A stretch of DNA of 64,000 nucleotides from a virus (IMGVR_UViG_3300044712_001463); one strand, 5' to 3'; shown: positions 19,935 through 29,512, counted from the first letter of the stretch. The notes: generated by a model not told the origin, from the sequence alone. Numbers and translations are program-made.

Positions 19935-20374
19935 TTTCCTATAGAGCAAACCTATTTGATTCGATTAGAAAACAAACGTTCTTTAATGGAGAGCCTAAGA
20001 TAGGTGATATATTCTGGGACGGTAAAAATATACATATTTATTTGTGTGAATTGAATGATCATAATTGGACATGGGTTCATTATCTTTATTCAAAAGATCT
20101 TAAAAACTATAGTTATCTTAGCAACGATGAAAAACCACAAAATCTTAAAAATTACAGATTAATAGGAAATGTATATAAGTTAAAAAATATAGAAAGCAGA
20201 AGGGATTCCACCTTCGGCTTAGCGTCATTTCCAGGATTTTCAGATTTTATCGCATGGTTAAATCTAAATGAAGATAAAAATCTAAAAGAACAAGATATAT
20301 TAAACAAAATAAAAGAACTTCCATTTATGATTTGGGCAGCAAAAACACCAAATCGTTATGAGGAAATTAAATGA
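19931..20374 (+). CDS. leader family protein, subtype C (GDIFWDGKN)
   Basis: Start at ATG 19931. Confidence 0.7.
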   Translation: MISYRANLFDSIRKQTFFNGEPKIGDIFWDGKNIHIYLCELNDHNWTWVHYLYSKDLKNYSYLSNDEKPQNLKNYRLIGNVYKLKNIESRRDSTFGLASFPGFSDFIAWLNLNEDKNLKEQDILNKIKELPFMIWAAKTPNRYEEIK

Positions 20375-20874
20375 TTTCTTACAGAGCAAATTTATTTGAG
20401 TCTTTGAATAAACAAATACCAAAGGTCATCTTTGGGCAAACCTGGATTAAGATAATTAATCCTGAATTATTCAATAAATATTCAAATGCCTTGTCTAGTC
20501 TCCAGACTTATAAAGCTGGCGAAGTTTATCTTATCAGTTCTACTGCAAGGCTAAAGAAATCTGGTAAGATAATACTCATGGGTATTGTAAGTACAATGTG
20601 GGCTTCGCATATTTTAAAGGAAGAAGACTTTAATAAAATACCCAAACAAGATTATTTAATAGTACCATCTCCATTAGACTATAAATACAAAATAGGACAA
20701 AAGGTTAGATTCGGTGCCGTAAGAATAGAATATAAGATTATCTATTTCGCCACGGGCAATAAGCGCCCAGGCTCTAAGGATTATGCTATACAATCTGCCG
20801 AGGAAGAGCGTAATAATGATTTTTCTATAACCTCTGAGGAGACTTTAACTCCTTGGGAGGAGAGCGCACAATGA
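20371..20874 (+). CDS. leader family protein, subtype A
   Basis: MISYRANLFESLNKQIPKVIFGQTWIKII. Confidence 0.7.
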   Translation: MISYRANLFESLNKQIPKVIFGQTWIKIINPELFNKYSNALSSLQTYKAGEVYLISSTARLKKSGKIILMGIVSTMWASHILKEEDFNKIPKQDYLIVPSPLDYKYKIGQKVRFGAVRIEYKIIYFATGNKRPGSKDYAIQSAEEERNNDFSITSEETLTPWEESAQ

Positions 20875-21356
20875 TTTCTTACAGAGCCAACCTATTTGAG
20901 TCCCTTAATAAACAAATACCAAGAGTTGTCTTTGGACAAACGTGGATTGAGGTAATTGATCCAAAATCATTTGAACCATTTATCTCAGAGCGATACGCCA
21001 ACAAAGGCGTGCCATTTTTAGTGGGAGCACCATATATAGGTGATTTCCAAAGAAAAAGAATAACACTAATGGCGGCTAGTGGTTCTGCGGCTGATTGGAG
21101 TAATCGTAGTTTATCATTTGAAGATTTCCAAAAAATACCAAAGCAAGCCTACAAAATAGTGCCCTCTCCAATACCATATAAATTTAAAATTGGCGACGAG
21201 GTCATGTCAAATGTAGTTGGCAATAAAGGAAAAGTTGTTGCTTATTATTGTAATGGACAGAAAAGTGAAAACAAGCAAGCATATTGGATACAATTAAATG
21301 ATGGGACTAAGATGCAGAAATATGAAGAACATATTACAGGAGTATCTAATTCATGA
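20871..21356 (+). CDS. leader family protein, subtype A
   Basis: Start at ATG 20871; FGQTWIEVID...PYKFKIGDEV. Confidence 0.7.
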   Translation: MISYRANLFESLNKQIPRVVFGQTWIEVIDPKSFEPFISERYANKGVPFLVGAPYIGDFQRKRITLMAASGSAADWSNRSLSFEDFQKIPKQAYKIVPSPIPYKFKIGDEVMSNVVGNKGKVVAYYCNGQKSENKQAYWIQLNDGTKMQKYEEHITGVSNS

Positions 21357-21817
21357 TTTCCTACAGAGCAAATTTATTTGATTCCTTGAATAAACAAATA
21401 AATCCCTATAAGTCAGGAGATTTATTTAAGGCTATTGATTTTTTTAATATTAATGGCATGATAGATAAAAGAGGTAGAAATGTTAATAAAAATGATATAT
21501 TTATTCTGTCACACAAAATAGGAAATAAGTGTGTAATGCAAAGACAAGACTGTGAAGGTTGTGTTGTTTTATTTGACAAGAAGCAAATAGATGAACATTT
21601 TAAGTTATATAAACATGAGGATTTTGGACAATTTTCCATAGGGCAGAAGGTTTGCCCAAGAGATTTGTCAGATCGTCGCGCAGGAGAAGCAAGATATATC
21701 ATTAGATTTGGATTAACAGGAGAATTAGAACCTAAAGCCTATTTAGCATGGAGTCCTAGCGAAAATACTGCGGATGCTGGAGACTATAAACTTATAGATT
21801 TGAGGATTATAGAATGA
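21353..21817 (+). CDS. leader family protein, subtype B
   Basis: MISYRANLFDSLNKQ. Confidence 0.7.
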   Translation: MISYRANLFDSLNKQINPYKSGDLFKAIDFFNINGMIDKRGRNVNKNDIFILSHKIGNKCVMQRQDCEGCVVLFDKKQIDEHFKLYKHEDFGQFSIGQKVCPRDLSDRRAGEARYIIRFGLTGELEPKAYLAWSPSENTADAGDYKLIDLRIIE

Positions 21818-22479
21818 TTTCCTACAGACATTCAAACCTATTTGAATCCATTAAGAAGCAAATGCCCGCGAATCCAAAAATCGGGGATATTTATTATTGT
21901 CCTACAAGAAAATCCTTTGCTATTTTAAGATCGATAAGGGATATGTCCTGGGCCATCGTATATCGGGTAAGGGATAATAGATATACTACATGGAATAATA
22001 AGTCTTTAAACATCCCGGGTAGTATGTCCAAAATAGGAAATATGTTCGAATTAAAAAATTTGGAAATCCCTGAGCCGCCATATATAATATCATCTTTATC
22101 TTTATCATCTATGGTAAGAAAAATACGACAAGGCCAAGACCCTACAAAAGAATGGGTTCTTGATGAATTTAAAAACCTAACAAGCGCAGAAATCGCAAAA
22201 GAGGTCTTAGGCCAAGAGCATTATGAAAGAGAAGATAAAAAGACAGTAGCCAACCTATTTGAATCTCTTAATAAACATATAAATCATAAATATGTTATTA
22301 TAGGTCGGTATAATCCTAAGTCTCCTGATATATATTACTTTGGAAAAGAAAGAGGAACAAAGACATATACCTACGACATACAACTAGCAAAGGTATTCAA
22401 TAGTAGGGCAGAGGCCGAGAAAATTTTGAACAGTATATCGGATAAAAGATATTACAGAATCATAGAGGTCAATTCATGA
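21814..22479 (+). CDS. two-module leader family protein; internal KKTVANLFESLNKHI at ~22249
   Basis: MISYRHSNLFESIKKQ. Confidence 0.7.
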   Translation: MISYRHSNLFESIKKQMPANPKIGDIYYCPTRKSFAILRSIRDMSWAIVYRVRDNRYTTWNNKSLNIPGSMSKIGNMFELKNLEIPEPPYIISSLSLSSMVRKIRQGQDPTKEWVLDEFKNLTSAEIAKEVLGQEHYEREDKKTVANLFESLNKHINHKYVIIGRYNPKSPDIYYFGKERGTKTYTYDIQLAKVFNSRAEAEKILNSISDKRYYRIIEVNS

Positions 22480-23387
22480 TTTCTTACAGAGCAAACCTAT
22501 TTGAGTCCCTTCAGAAGCAAATGCCTGTCAATCTAGGAGATATAGTTGAAACTACTGCTACTGGTGGATATAGAATAGTTGGAATAGTTGCCACTAGAGA
22601 AGGGCAAGATATAAGTGACAAAAACAAAGGTGAAAAGGGATATGTATATATTTATGGATTTAATACAAAACTCAAGGAAGGTAATGGATTATTTCTAGTG
22701 CCAATAAGTAGTTTGAAAAAAATACCAGGTGAGCAATTGCCAACAAGACCCAAATACTCCCCAGGCCAAACGATTGGGAACAACATAAAAATCATTGCGG
22801 TTAATTATGCAAAAGATGATTATAGTTATCTTTGTGATAGTAGTGAAGATGGTCGGCGTTGGGGTCGGTGTTGGTATGATGAAAAAGAAATCGATCAAAT
22901 GCAATTATCCAAGAAGGCCAACCTATTTGAATCTATTAAGAAACAAATACCTAATGTTATCTTTGGAGAGACTTGGATTGAGATAATCGATCCAAAGCCA
23001 TTTAATTCGGCTAACATGCATAATTCATTTAATAATGGAGATGTATATTTAGTATCTTATCATGATAGAGAAAATATAGAAAGAGGATTGCTTTATTTAA
23101 TGGGAATAACTAGCAGGACATTCTCATGGGGTGAACACGAACTTACAAAAGAGCAATTTAATAAAATTCCTAAATCAGCTTATAAAGTAATACCATCGCC
23201 ATTAGAATATAAATATAAGATAGGCCAAGAGTTTAATGATTATGAACTAACTTTTAAAATAATCGCCCTCGTAACTGGATACAATGGAATAGAGCATCAA
23301 GATTATCTATGCGAGCAAGTAGGCTCTAGGGAAACTAGAATTTACAAACAAGAGGTTATTGATGGGCTTATGGGAGAGAACCAATGA
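22476..23387 (+). CDS. two-module leader family protein (D + A); internal KKANLFESIKKQI at ~22917
   Basis: MISYRANLFESLQKQ; FGETWIEIID. Confidence 0.7.
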   Translation: MISYRANLFESLQKQMPVNLGDIVETTATGGYRIVGIVATREGQDISDKNKGEKGYVYIYGFNTKLKEGNGLFLVPISSLKKIPGEQLPTRPKYSPGQTIGNNIKIIAVNYAKDDYSYLCDSSEDGRRWGRCWYDEKEIDQMQLSKKANLFESIKKQIPNVIFGETWIEIIDPKPFNSANMHNSFNNGDVYLVSYHDRENIERGLLYLMGITSRTFSWGEHELTKEQFNKIPKSAYKVIPSPLEYKYKIGQEFNDYELTFKIIALVTGYNGIEHQDYLCEQVGSRETRIYKQEVIDGLMGENQ

Positions 23388-23848
23388 TATCCTACAGGGC
23401 AAATCTATTCGAATCACTTAATAAGCAAAATCCAGTAATCTTTGGACAGACCTGGATTAAAATAATCGACTCTAAGCCTTTCCTTGAAATTCCAAATGTA
23501 AAGGATATTAGTGATGGAGATATTTTTCTTGTTTCTTATAAAAGTAAAGTTGATATGAGGGATGGTATTATATCACTTATGGGACTGAAGGTCGAAAACC
23601 TTATATGGGATAATCATAGTTTAAGAATAGATAGATTTAAATCTATATCTAGATCCGCATATAGAATCGTGCCATGCCCATTGAATTATAAATACAAAAT
23701 AGGGCAGACGGTTTATACTGGTCGCCCTGACAAGGTAATATCCCTTGCAACTGGCATCGGAGAACCAGAAACAAAATGTTATTTATTAGAACATAGTGCC
23801 CCTTATCCTATCCAAGAAAGTCAATTATCGGAAAGGGCTAGGAAATGA
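23384..23848 (+). CDS. leader family protein, subtype A
   Basis: MISYRANLFESLNKQNPVIFGQTWIKII. Confidence 0.7.
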   Translation: MISYRANLFESLNKQNPVIFGQTWIKIIDSKPFLEIPNVKDISDGDIFLVSYKSKVDMRDGIISLMGLKVENLIWDNHSLRIDRFKSISRSAYRIVPCPLNYKYKIGQTVYTGRPDKVISLATGIGEPETKCYLLEHSAPYPIQESQLSERARK

Positions 23849-24336
23849 TCTCTTACCGAGCAAATCTATTTGAGTCTCTTAATAAGCAAATAAATACCCT
23901 TAGGCCAGGGGACATACTTGAGCCTAAGTCTAATATTATGGAGGCTATTATTTCCAAAAAAGGGATAAGATGGGTTTTAGCTCCTAATGATATGTACAAC
24001 ATATCGCATATAAAAGGGAATTATTCAGTATTCGTAATAAACGGCAGTAGACAGACTTGGATTGAATTAACGCCAGAAGAAATACATAAATACTATAACA
24101 AAATAGGTGAGGCCAACCTATATGGATTTAAGGCAGGGGATAAGATTCCAATTTCTTGTGTTGAGAGAATGACAAATGTTCGGACACCTACAAATGAACT
24201 ATTTTTATATGAAATAATGGTTGTTGGAAAAGAAAGCCCACTATCAATTGGATTATTAGGAGCGGAAAATAGATTAGACCAAGCTTTTGCAACCTATCTT
24301 CCCCTAGAAGATCTAGCAAAGAGGTGTGGTAAATGA
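23845..24336 (+). CDS. leader family protein, subtype B
   Basis: MISYRANLFESLNKQ; YGFKAGDKI. Confidence 0.7.
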   Translation: MISYRANLFESLNKQINTLRPGDILEPKSNIMEAIISKKGIRWVLAPNDMYNISHIKGNYSVFVINGSRQTWIELTPEEIHKYYNKIGEANLYGFKAGDKIPISCVERMTNVRTPTNELFLYEIMVVGKESPLSIGLLGAENRLDQAFATYLPLEDLAKRCGK

Positions 24337-24794
24337 TCTCCTATAGAAATTCAAACCTATTTGAATCTATTAAGAAACAAATACTTCCTACTCCTGGGAT
24401 TATTTATCAGCCTATTGAAGATAAGCCTTGGCCTAACCCCTATTTAAATGTTAGTTTTTCAAAACAATGTTTTTATTTGTTCTCGCATATTAGGGATGGT
24501 AAGATGGTTCTTATTAGGAGAATGGCAGGAGATTGGGTTTTCGAAGTAAGTCATGATGAGATAAATAGTATTTTAAAGCCCGTAGGCCAAGCCGATTTAA
24601 AGGGTTTCAAAGTCGGGGATAAGATTCGCCGTAAAGGATTAAGTGAAATATTTATAATAGTAGGATTCGGCTTGACTGGCGATAATACCCCGAAAGCCTA
24701 TTGTATTCAAGAAGGAGCAGATATTGAACCTATCTGGGACTTCCATTTTACTAGTGCAATTTCATTAATGGTAATGGAAAAGGTATCCCAATGA
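24333..24794 (+). CDS. leader family protein, subtype B (PWPNP)
   Basis: MISYRNSNLFESIKKQ; KGFKVGDKI. Confidence 0.7.
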   Translation: MISYRNSNLFESIKKQILPTPGIIYQPIEDKPWPNPYLNVSFSKQCFYLFSHIRDGKMVLIRRMAGDWVFEVSHDEINSILKPVGQADLKGFKVGDKIRRKGLSEIFIIVGFGLTGDNTPKAYCIQEGADIEPIWDFHFTSAISLMVMEKVSQ

Positions 24795-25267
24795 TCTCCT
24801 ACCGGACCTCAAACCTATTCGATTCTATTAAGAAACAAATACCCTTTAGGTCAGGGGACATACTCAAACCTATTTCACCTACCAAAATGGATTGGAACGG
24901 ATGGGAGATAAATCCCGATAGGCCATACAATGTTTCGCATATAACGGAGAATGGATTAGTAGTCGTTCAAAATGGATTCTTATCTAGTGATTTCGCCAAA
25001 CTAACACTAGAAGATGCAAAATTGCTATTTGAAAAAATAGGTGAGTCCAACCTCTATGGTTTCAAGGTAGGGGATATGGTCTGTCCTGAATATGTTCGCG
25101 GGGTAAGGCAAACTGAAAAGACTTGTTATTACCTAAATAAAATACTTGTCAACGCAGCAGGTAAAGCATTTGGATTCTTTACTAAAGATAATAATAATGA
25201 TGCTAAGAAATTTGATTCATATTGTGAATTATCTAAATTGCAAAAACAAGGCGGTTCTGTCCAGTAA
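24791..25267 (+). CDS. leader family protein, subtype B
   Basis: MISYRTSNLFDSIKKQ; YGFKVGDMV. Confidence 0.7.
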   Translation: MISYRTSNLFDSIKKQIPFRSGDILKPISPTKMDWNGWEINPDRPYNVSHITENGLVVVQNGFLSSDFAKLTLEDAKLLFEKIGESNLYGFKVGDMVCPEYVRGVRQTEKTCYYLNKILVNAAGKAFGFFTKDNNNDAKKFDSYCELSKLQKQGGSVQ

Positions 25268-25584
25268 TCGGGTTTTACCCCGTAGGCCAAAGCATTAATT
25301 TTGTCCGGCGATTGGAAACATTGTAAAACTTTATAAGAAACTAGTAGTGTGTGGTAAAGTAATAAAAGCCCATAGGCCAAAGGATAAATTGAGTAATTGT
25401 TGCAAATGGTCTATTGTGGTTTATTGTGGGTAGGAATAGGATAGATTGGATAAGAGGGGAGGTGTAGTGTCATTCACCTCTCTTAATAAGATCTACAAAT
25501 CACCACCCTACCCTGGTTTGTTAAGTCATATTAAGTTTTGTCTATCGTTAATTAATAAATCTTAATAAGAAGGATTTATACAAC

Positions 25585-26118
25585 ATGATAAGTTATAGGA
25601 ATGCAAATATATTTGAATCATTAAAGAAGCAGATGTATCCTCTTGTTGGAGGCATATATATTTGTTTAGAGGATAAGCCCTGGCCTAACCCACGGAACAG
25701 GCATTTGGCTATTATAGAAGGTGAGAGATATATCTTTTCACATGTAAGAGATGGCAAGATGGTTCTAGTGCAAAAGATGCAGGGTGGGAATGTTTTCGAG
25801 GTAGGTCCAGGGGATATAAAAAAATACTTTAGTTTTCTTGACCAGGGTGATTTAAGAGGTTTCAAAGTAGGAGACATGGTTGTAAGGGGAGACGTTGAGG
25901 TTCTTGAAGTTCCAGGTAGAATGCATGAGGCCGGCAGGTCAATTCCTAGATATAAAATAATGGCATTCGGATTAGGAATAAGACTAGCACCCAAGGCATA
26001 TTGTTTAAGAGAGGGCTCTGGAACTGAAGAGGGAATTGGACTAGAATATTTGAAATGGAGTTTCGCCCATTGCGACTCAGAACTTCTTTTAGAACAGATA
26101 AAGAAGGCTGACAAATGA
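25585..26118 (+). CDS. leader family protein, subtype B (PWPNP); first gene after internal non-coding gap
   Basis: MISYRNANIFESLKKQ. Confidence 0.7.
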   Translation: MISYRNANIFESLKKQMYPLVGGIYICLEDKPWPNPRNRHLAIIEGERYIFSHVRDGKMVLVQKMQGGNVFEVGPGDIKKYFSFLDQGDLRGFKVGDMVVRGDVEVLEVPGRMHEAGRSIPRYKIMAFGLGIRLAPKAYCLREGSGTEEGIGLEYLKWSFAHCDSELLLEQIKKADK

Positions 26119-26591
26119 TCTCTTACAGAGCAAATCTATTCGAATCTATTAATAAGATAAATGCGCCTAGGCCCGGGGTTGTTTATGAAGGTATTGTGAA
26201 TAAGGATTGGCCTAACCCGAGGCACAATGATATTGGGATTACAGAAGGGGAGCAATATATTTTCTCTCATATGAGAAATGGCAAGATGGTTCTTGTTAGA
26301 AAAATGGCTGGTTCTTGGATTTTTGAAGTAAGTCCTAACGAGATAAATAAATACTTTAAACCCATAGGCCAAGCAAACTTACAGGGGTATGAAATAGGAG
26401 ATAAGATATATAGTGAAATGTATGGCAATGGAACCATAACAGGGTTCGGCCTAGCGGATATTGAAAGAATAAAAGCATATATAATTAGAGAAGGGATTGT
26501 TGAGGATGAGGATGACAAATGGGATTTTATATCTGGTAACGGTCACGATGATCCTTTATTGAGCAGAGTAGAAAAAGGATGGAAGAAATGA
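26115..26591 (+). CDS. leader family protein, subtype B
   Basis: MISYRANLFESINKI; KPIGQANLQGYEIGDKI. Confidence 0.7.
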   Translation: MISYRANLFESINKINAPRPGVVYEGIVNKDWPNPRHNDIGITEGEQYIFSHMRNGKMVLVRKMAGSWIFEVSPNEINKYFKPIGQANLQGYEIGDKIYSEMYGNGTITGFGLADIERIKAYIIREGIVEDEDDKWDFISGNGHDDPLLSRVEKGWKK

Positions 26592-27073
26592 TTTCTTATC
26601 GTAAGTCCAACTTATTTGAATCCTTAAACAAAATGAACATCTGTAGTCCAGGTGATATTTTTGAAGGCATTGCAAATATGCCCTGGCCTCATAGCGAAAA
26701 GCAGGTATGGATATGGAAGGGAACTCGTTATATATTTTCACATATGTATAATGGTAAGATGGTTCTCATACAGAAGAACGAAGGTAGCAGGATTTTCTTT
26801 GTATCACCTAGCGAATTAAATAAATATTTTAAGCGCATAGGCCATGCTGATTTTCAAGGACTTAAAGTAGGGGATTATGTTTATACTGAGAGCAGGGAGA
26901 CTGGGACTTTCAGGCATTATATAATAACTGCCCTGGGCCTATACGATGATGACAGTCCGATGCCCTGGTGTAGGTGGATACATGATTCAGTTCCATTTAA
27001 TCCAGAGAGGCCAACAAACAGAGCAGAAAGATTTTACTTAAAAGAGATTATTAAGAATCCACATCAGGGGTAG
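26588..27073 (+). CDS. leader family protein, subtype B
   Basis: Start at ATG 26588; MISYRKSNLFESLNKM. Confidence 0.7.
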   Translation: MISYRKSNLFESLNKMNICSPGDIFEGIANMPWPHSEKQVWIWKGTRYIFSHMYNGKMVLIQKNEGSRIFFVSPSELNKYFKRIGHADFQGLKVGDYVYTESRETGTFRHYIITALGLYDDDSPMPWCRWIHDSVPFNPERPTNRAERFYLKEIIKNPHQG

Positions 27074-27078
27074 GCCAA

Positions 27079-27618
27079 ATGATTTCTTATCGTGCAAATT
27101 TATTTGAATCCTTGAACAAGGTTGTCAAAAAGATTACTGAGTCTGGGCAATACTGCGTAGGCCCAGACGGAATTGTTTATTTTGTTAATGCTGGCGAAAA
27201 CATAGGGGACTTTTATTTAATGTCCGAAAAGGGTAATGTTACTAAGACCACGAACCTTGATGAGATTAATAAGAATTATCAATATACGACACCTAGGCCA
27301 GGGTGGGTAACTAAGAAAGTCAAAGACGGAACTCGATATGCTCATTATCCTCATAGGGCTGGGGATAAATATGAGGCAAGAGGTGCTGACGGAAGCTATA
27401 GGCTTATATGGATTTCATGCGGTTGCTATATAACTTCATTTAAGAATTTTTCTAAGATGATGTTAAGTTATAGAGCTGCAACTATGCCAAATCCGGAAGC
27501 AAGGAAGCCAGAAAGAAAACCTAGTTCGATAACGCACGAAGATGTTCTCATCAAAGATATATTGGATGATAATAATCAATGGGTTAATAATGATACAAGA
27601 GGCCCAGGGGGATACTGA
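27079..27618 (+). CDS. leader family protein
   Basis: MISYRANLFESLNKV; internal MMLSYRAA echo. Confidence 0.65.
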   Translation: MISYRANLFESLNKVVKKITESGQYCVGPDGIVYFVNAGENIGDFYLMSEKGNVTKTTNLDEINKNYQYTTPRPGWVTKKVKDGTRYAHYPHRAGDKYEARGADGSYRLIWISCGCYITSFKNFSKMMLSYRAATMPNPEARKPERKPSSITHEDVLIKDILDDNNQWVNNDTRGPGGY

Positions 27619-27621
27619 TAA

Positions 27622-28059
27622 ATGATTTCTTATCGTGCAAATTTATTTGAATCCTTAAAGAAGCAAATCAACCCTGGGCCTCCTAGGGTTGGTGATTTCT
27701 TTTGGGATAGCGAGAACCAGGTATTTATTCTCAAGACATGTGACCAGAACAATTCAAAATATGTTTTCGGACAGGCTTATAAAGATAGGGAAGATGGTGA
27801 GTTCCTATATAAATTCAGAGATAATGCTACTATCACTGGCAGACGTTTGGGCAATGTTCTAGATATGAATCCTAAAGCGGCTGAGGCTTTTAAAAGGAAT
27901 GAGATAAATTGCATAGAAACATTCAAGTTCATACAAAACCTTTGTGAATGGCTTGACAAGGCAAATATAACCGAGCGTGGTATCATAGAATATGTAAGAG
28001 CCTATAAGTTCGGCTGGATTAAAATAACTGCTGGTGGTGAAGCAGGAGTAGAACTATGA
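27622..28059 (+). CDS. leader family protein, subtype C (GDFFWDSEN)
   Basis: MISYRANLFESLKKQ. Confidence 0.7.
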   Translation: MISYRANLFESLKKQINPGPPRVGDFFWDSENQVFILKTCDQNNSKYVFGQAYKDREDGEFLYKFRDNATITGRRLGNVLDMNPKAAEAFKRNEINCIETFKFIQNLCEWLDKANITERGIIEYVRAYKFGWIKITAGGEAGVEL

Positions 28060-28502
28060 TTTCTTACCGGGCAAACTTATTTGAATCCTTGAACAGGGTG
28101 GTGGCTAAACAGTATCAGCCTGGGGATGTATTTAAGGAAAGTGGTATTGCTGATAGTTTTTCCATCTTAATGATTGAACGGGTAGGTAGAGAAAGAGGTG
28201 GACAAACTCTTTATTGGCTTCATAGAAAAGGTCTTCCCGATCAGAACATAAAGCTTACCCAGAAACAATTAGATGACAAGGCTAGTTTTAATTATATTAG
28301 GCACTTGGACTTGGGTGACTGGAAGGTAGGAGACTTTTGTAAATTAAACGAATCCTTCCAGGGAGATCAAGAAACATATAAAATAGAAACAATATTCCTA
28401 GATAACTTCGATATGGTCAGGGTAGGCTTAAATAAAAACTGGAGTTATCATAATGTTGCTGAAAAAACCGTGCTGCTTGTCCATATAAAAAAGCCTTCCT
28501 AG
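28056..28502 (+). CDS. leader family protein (last array member)
   Basis: MISYRANLFESLNRV; ATGA coupling. Confidence 0.7.
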   Translation: MISYRANLFESLNRVVAKQYQPGDVFKESGIADSFSILMIERVGRERGGQTLYWLHRKGLPDQNIKLTQKQLDDKASFNYIRHLDLGDWKVGDFCKLNESFQGDQETYKIETIFLDNFDMVRVGLNKNWSYHNVAEKTVLLVHIKKPS

Positions 28503-28646
28503 TTCTTGGTAAGATTTTTTAGCACAGGCTAAAGGCTTTTTCGGACTAGAACCTGACATAATACATATAATATGCACACAAAGAAGACTGCTCTGTAACA
28601 GCAGTCTTTTTCTTTGTCTGGGGATCTTCTGGGGATCATATTAGAA

Positions 28647-28666
28647 CCTACTTAAATATAAGTAGA
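28647..28666. repeat. inter-cassette palindrome CCTACTTA-AATA-TAAGTAGa (imperfect right arm)
   Basis: Member of 14-copy family. Confidence 0.7.
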
Positions 28667-28691
28667 ATGCGGATAGCCTAGGCTAGGTGTC

Positions 28692-28719
28692 TTGACATGT
28701 GTCCTAGGGCGAGTATAAT
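28692..28719 (+). promoter_or_regulatory. promoter (TTGACAtgt variant)
   Basis: -35/-10 consensus. Confidence 0.6.
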
Positions 28720-28889
28720 CAGGGTATGAATCAACCACTTCTCAGGAGGCTCTCATGGCGACTTTTAGGAAAGTTCATAAGAAGGGGACTTGGCGATAAA
28801 AGGTGTTTATTTATTACTCCTTTTTTGATATAATTTGATCCAGGAGGTAGTTCTCCATTTCGGAGGACGGATCAAAAAGGGGCAATCAA

Positions 28890-29141
28890 ATGAGAAACCT
28901 ATATCGCTGGGTTCTAGAAAAGGAGATAAAGAGGATAGGCTTGCATGAGGGCTCGGTCTGCATTGTTCCTTTGGGCAAGGATGTCTATCTAGTTGGGGAC
29001 GGCAACAGATTCATTGAAGCCAAGGGGCATAAGATTCTTAGAATCCTTAAGAAGGTGCCTAATAAGGCTGGATACGATTTTCTGTGGCAGTCATTGAAGC
29101 CACTGCGGAAGCCAAAGAAAGTAGCTGACAAAACAAGATAA
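28890..29141 (+). CDS. hypothetical small basic protein (first GC-rich cassette)
   Basis: Promoter 28692; terminator downstream. Confidence 0.5.
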   Translation: MRNLYRWVLEKEIKRIGLHEGSVCIVPLGKDVYLVGDGNRFIEAKGHKILRILKKVPNKAGYDFLWQSLKPLRKPKKVADKTR

Positions 29142-29152
29142 TTGAGTATAAT

Positions 29153-29192
29153 AAGGGGTGAGGCTATTCGGCTTTCACCCCTTCTTATTTTA
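29153..29192 (+). terminator. rho-independent terminator
   Basis: aaggggtgaggc...gctttcaccccttcttatttt. Confidence 0.6.
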
Positions 29193-29203
29193 GGAGTACA
29201 TAT

Positions 29204-29512
29204 ATGGGAACCGCAACTGAGACTTTGAGGAACATCATCTACAGGTGGAGGATCTCCCGGGATGAGGCTGATGCCATCAACCTGGTAGACAAGGGCGACG
29301 AGTTTGGGGCTCCTCAGACCACCTACATTCTGATGACCGACGAAGAGAATGGCGCTGCTGTTTGGATCGGAACTGAGAGGGGCGAGATCAGACGCTTCCT
29401 CAGGTTCTATGATGACAAGACACGAGCCATACGTTGGGCTGTCCGCGAAGCCGAGAAGTATGTTAGAGAGCGGAACATCCCTGAAGCCTCACCAGATGCA
29501 ACGAACGACTAA
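29204..29512 (+). CDS. hypothetical protein
   Basis: RBS taggag; terminator downstream. Confidence 0.5.
   Translation: MGTATETLRNIIYRWRISRDEADAINLVDKGDEFGAPQTTYILMTDEENGAAVWIGTERGEIRRFLRFYDDKTRAIRWAVREAEKYVRERNIPEASPDATND

Noticed and set aside
25593-26114. 173 aa reverse-strand ORF covering the same span as + gene 25585..26118
   Set aside because: It is the mirror frame of a conserved family member. The + gene has the leader motif, coupling and homologues.
8615-28502. Whether the MISYRANLFE leader is literally a T4-type capsid-targeting sequence
   Set aside because: The resemblance is in length, M1, Y4 and E10 in an LxE context. My recollection of the T4 sequence is from memory and no prohead protease is in the window. 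Kept as a hypothesis, not an annotation.
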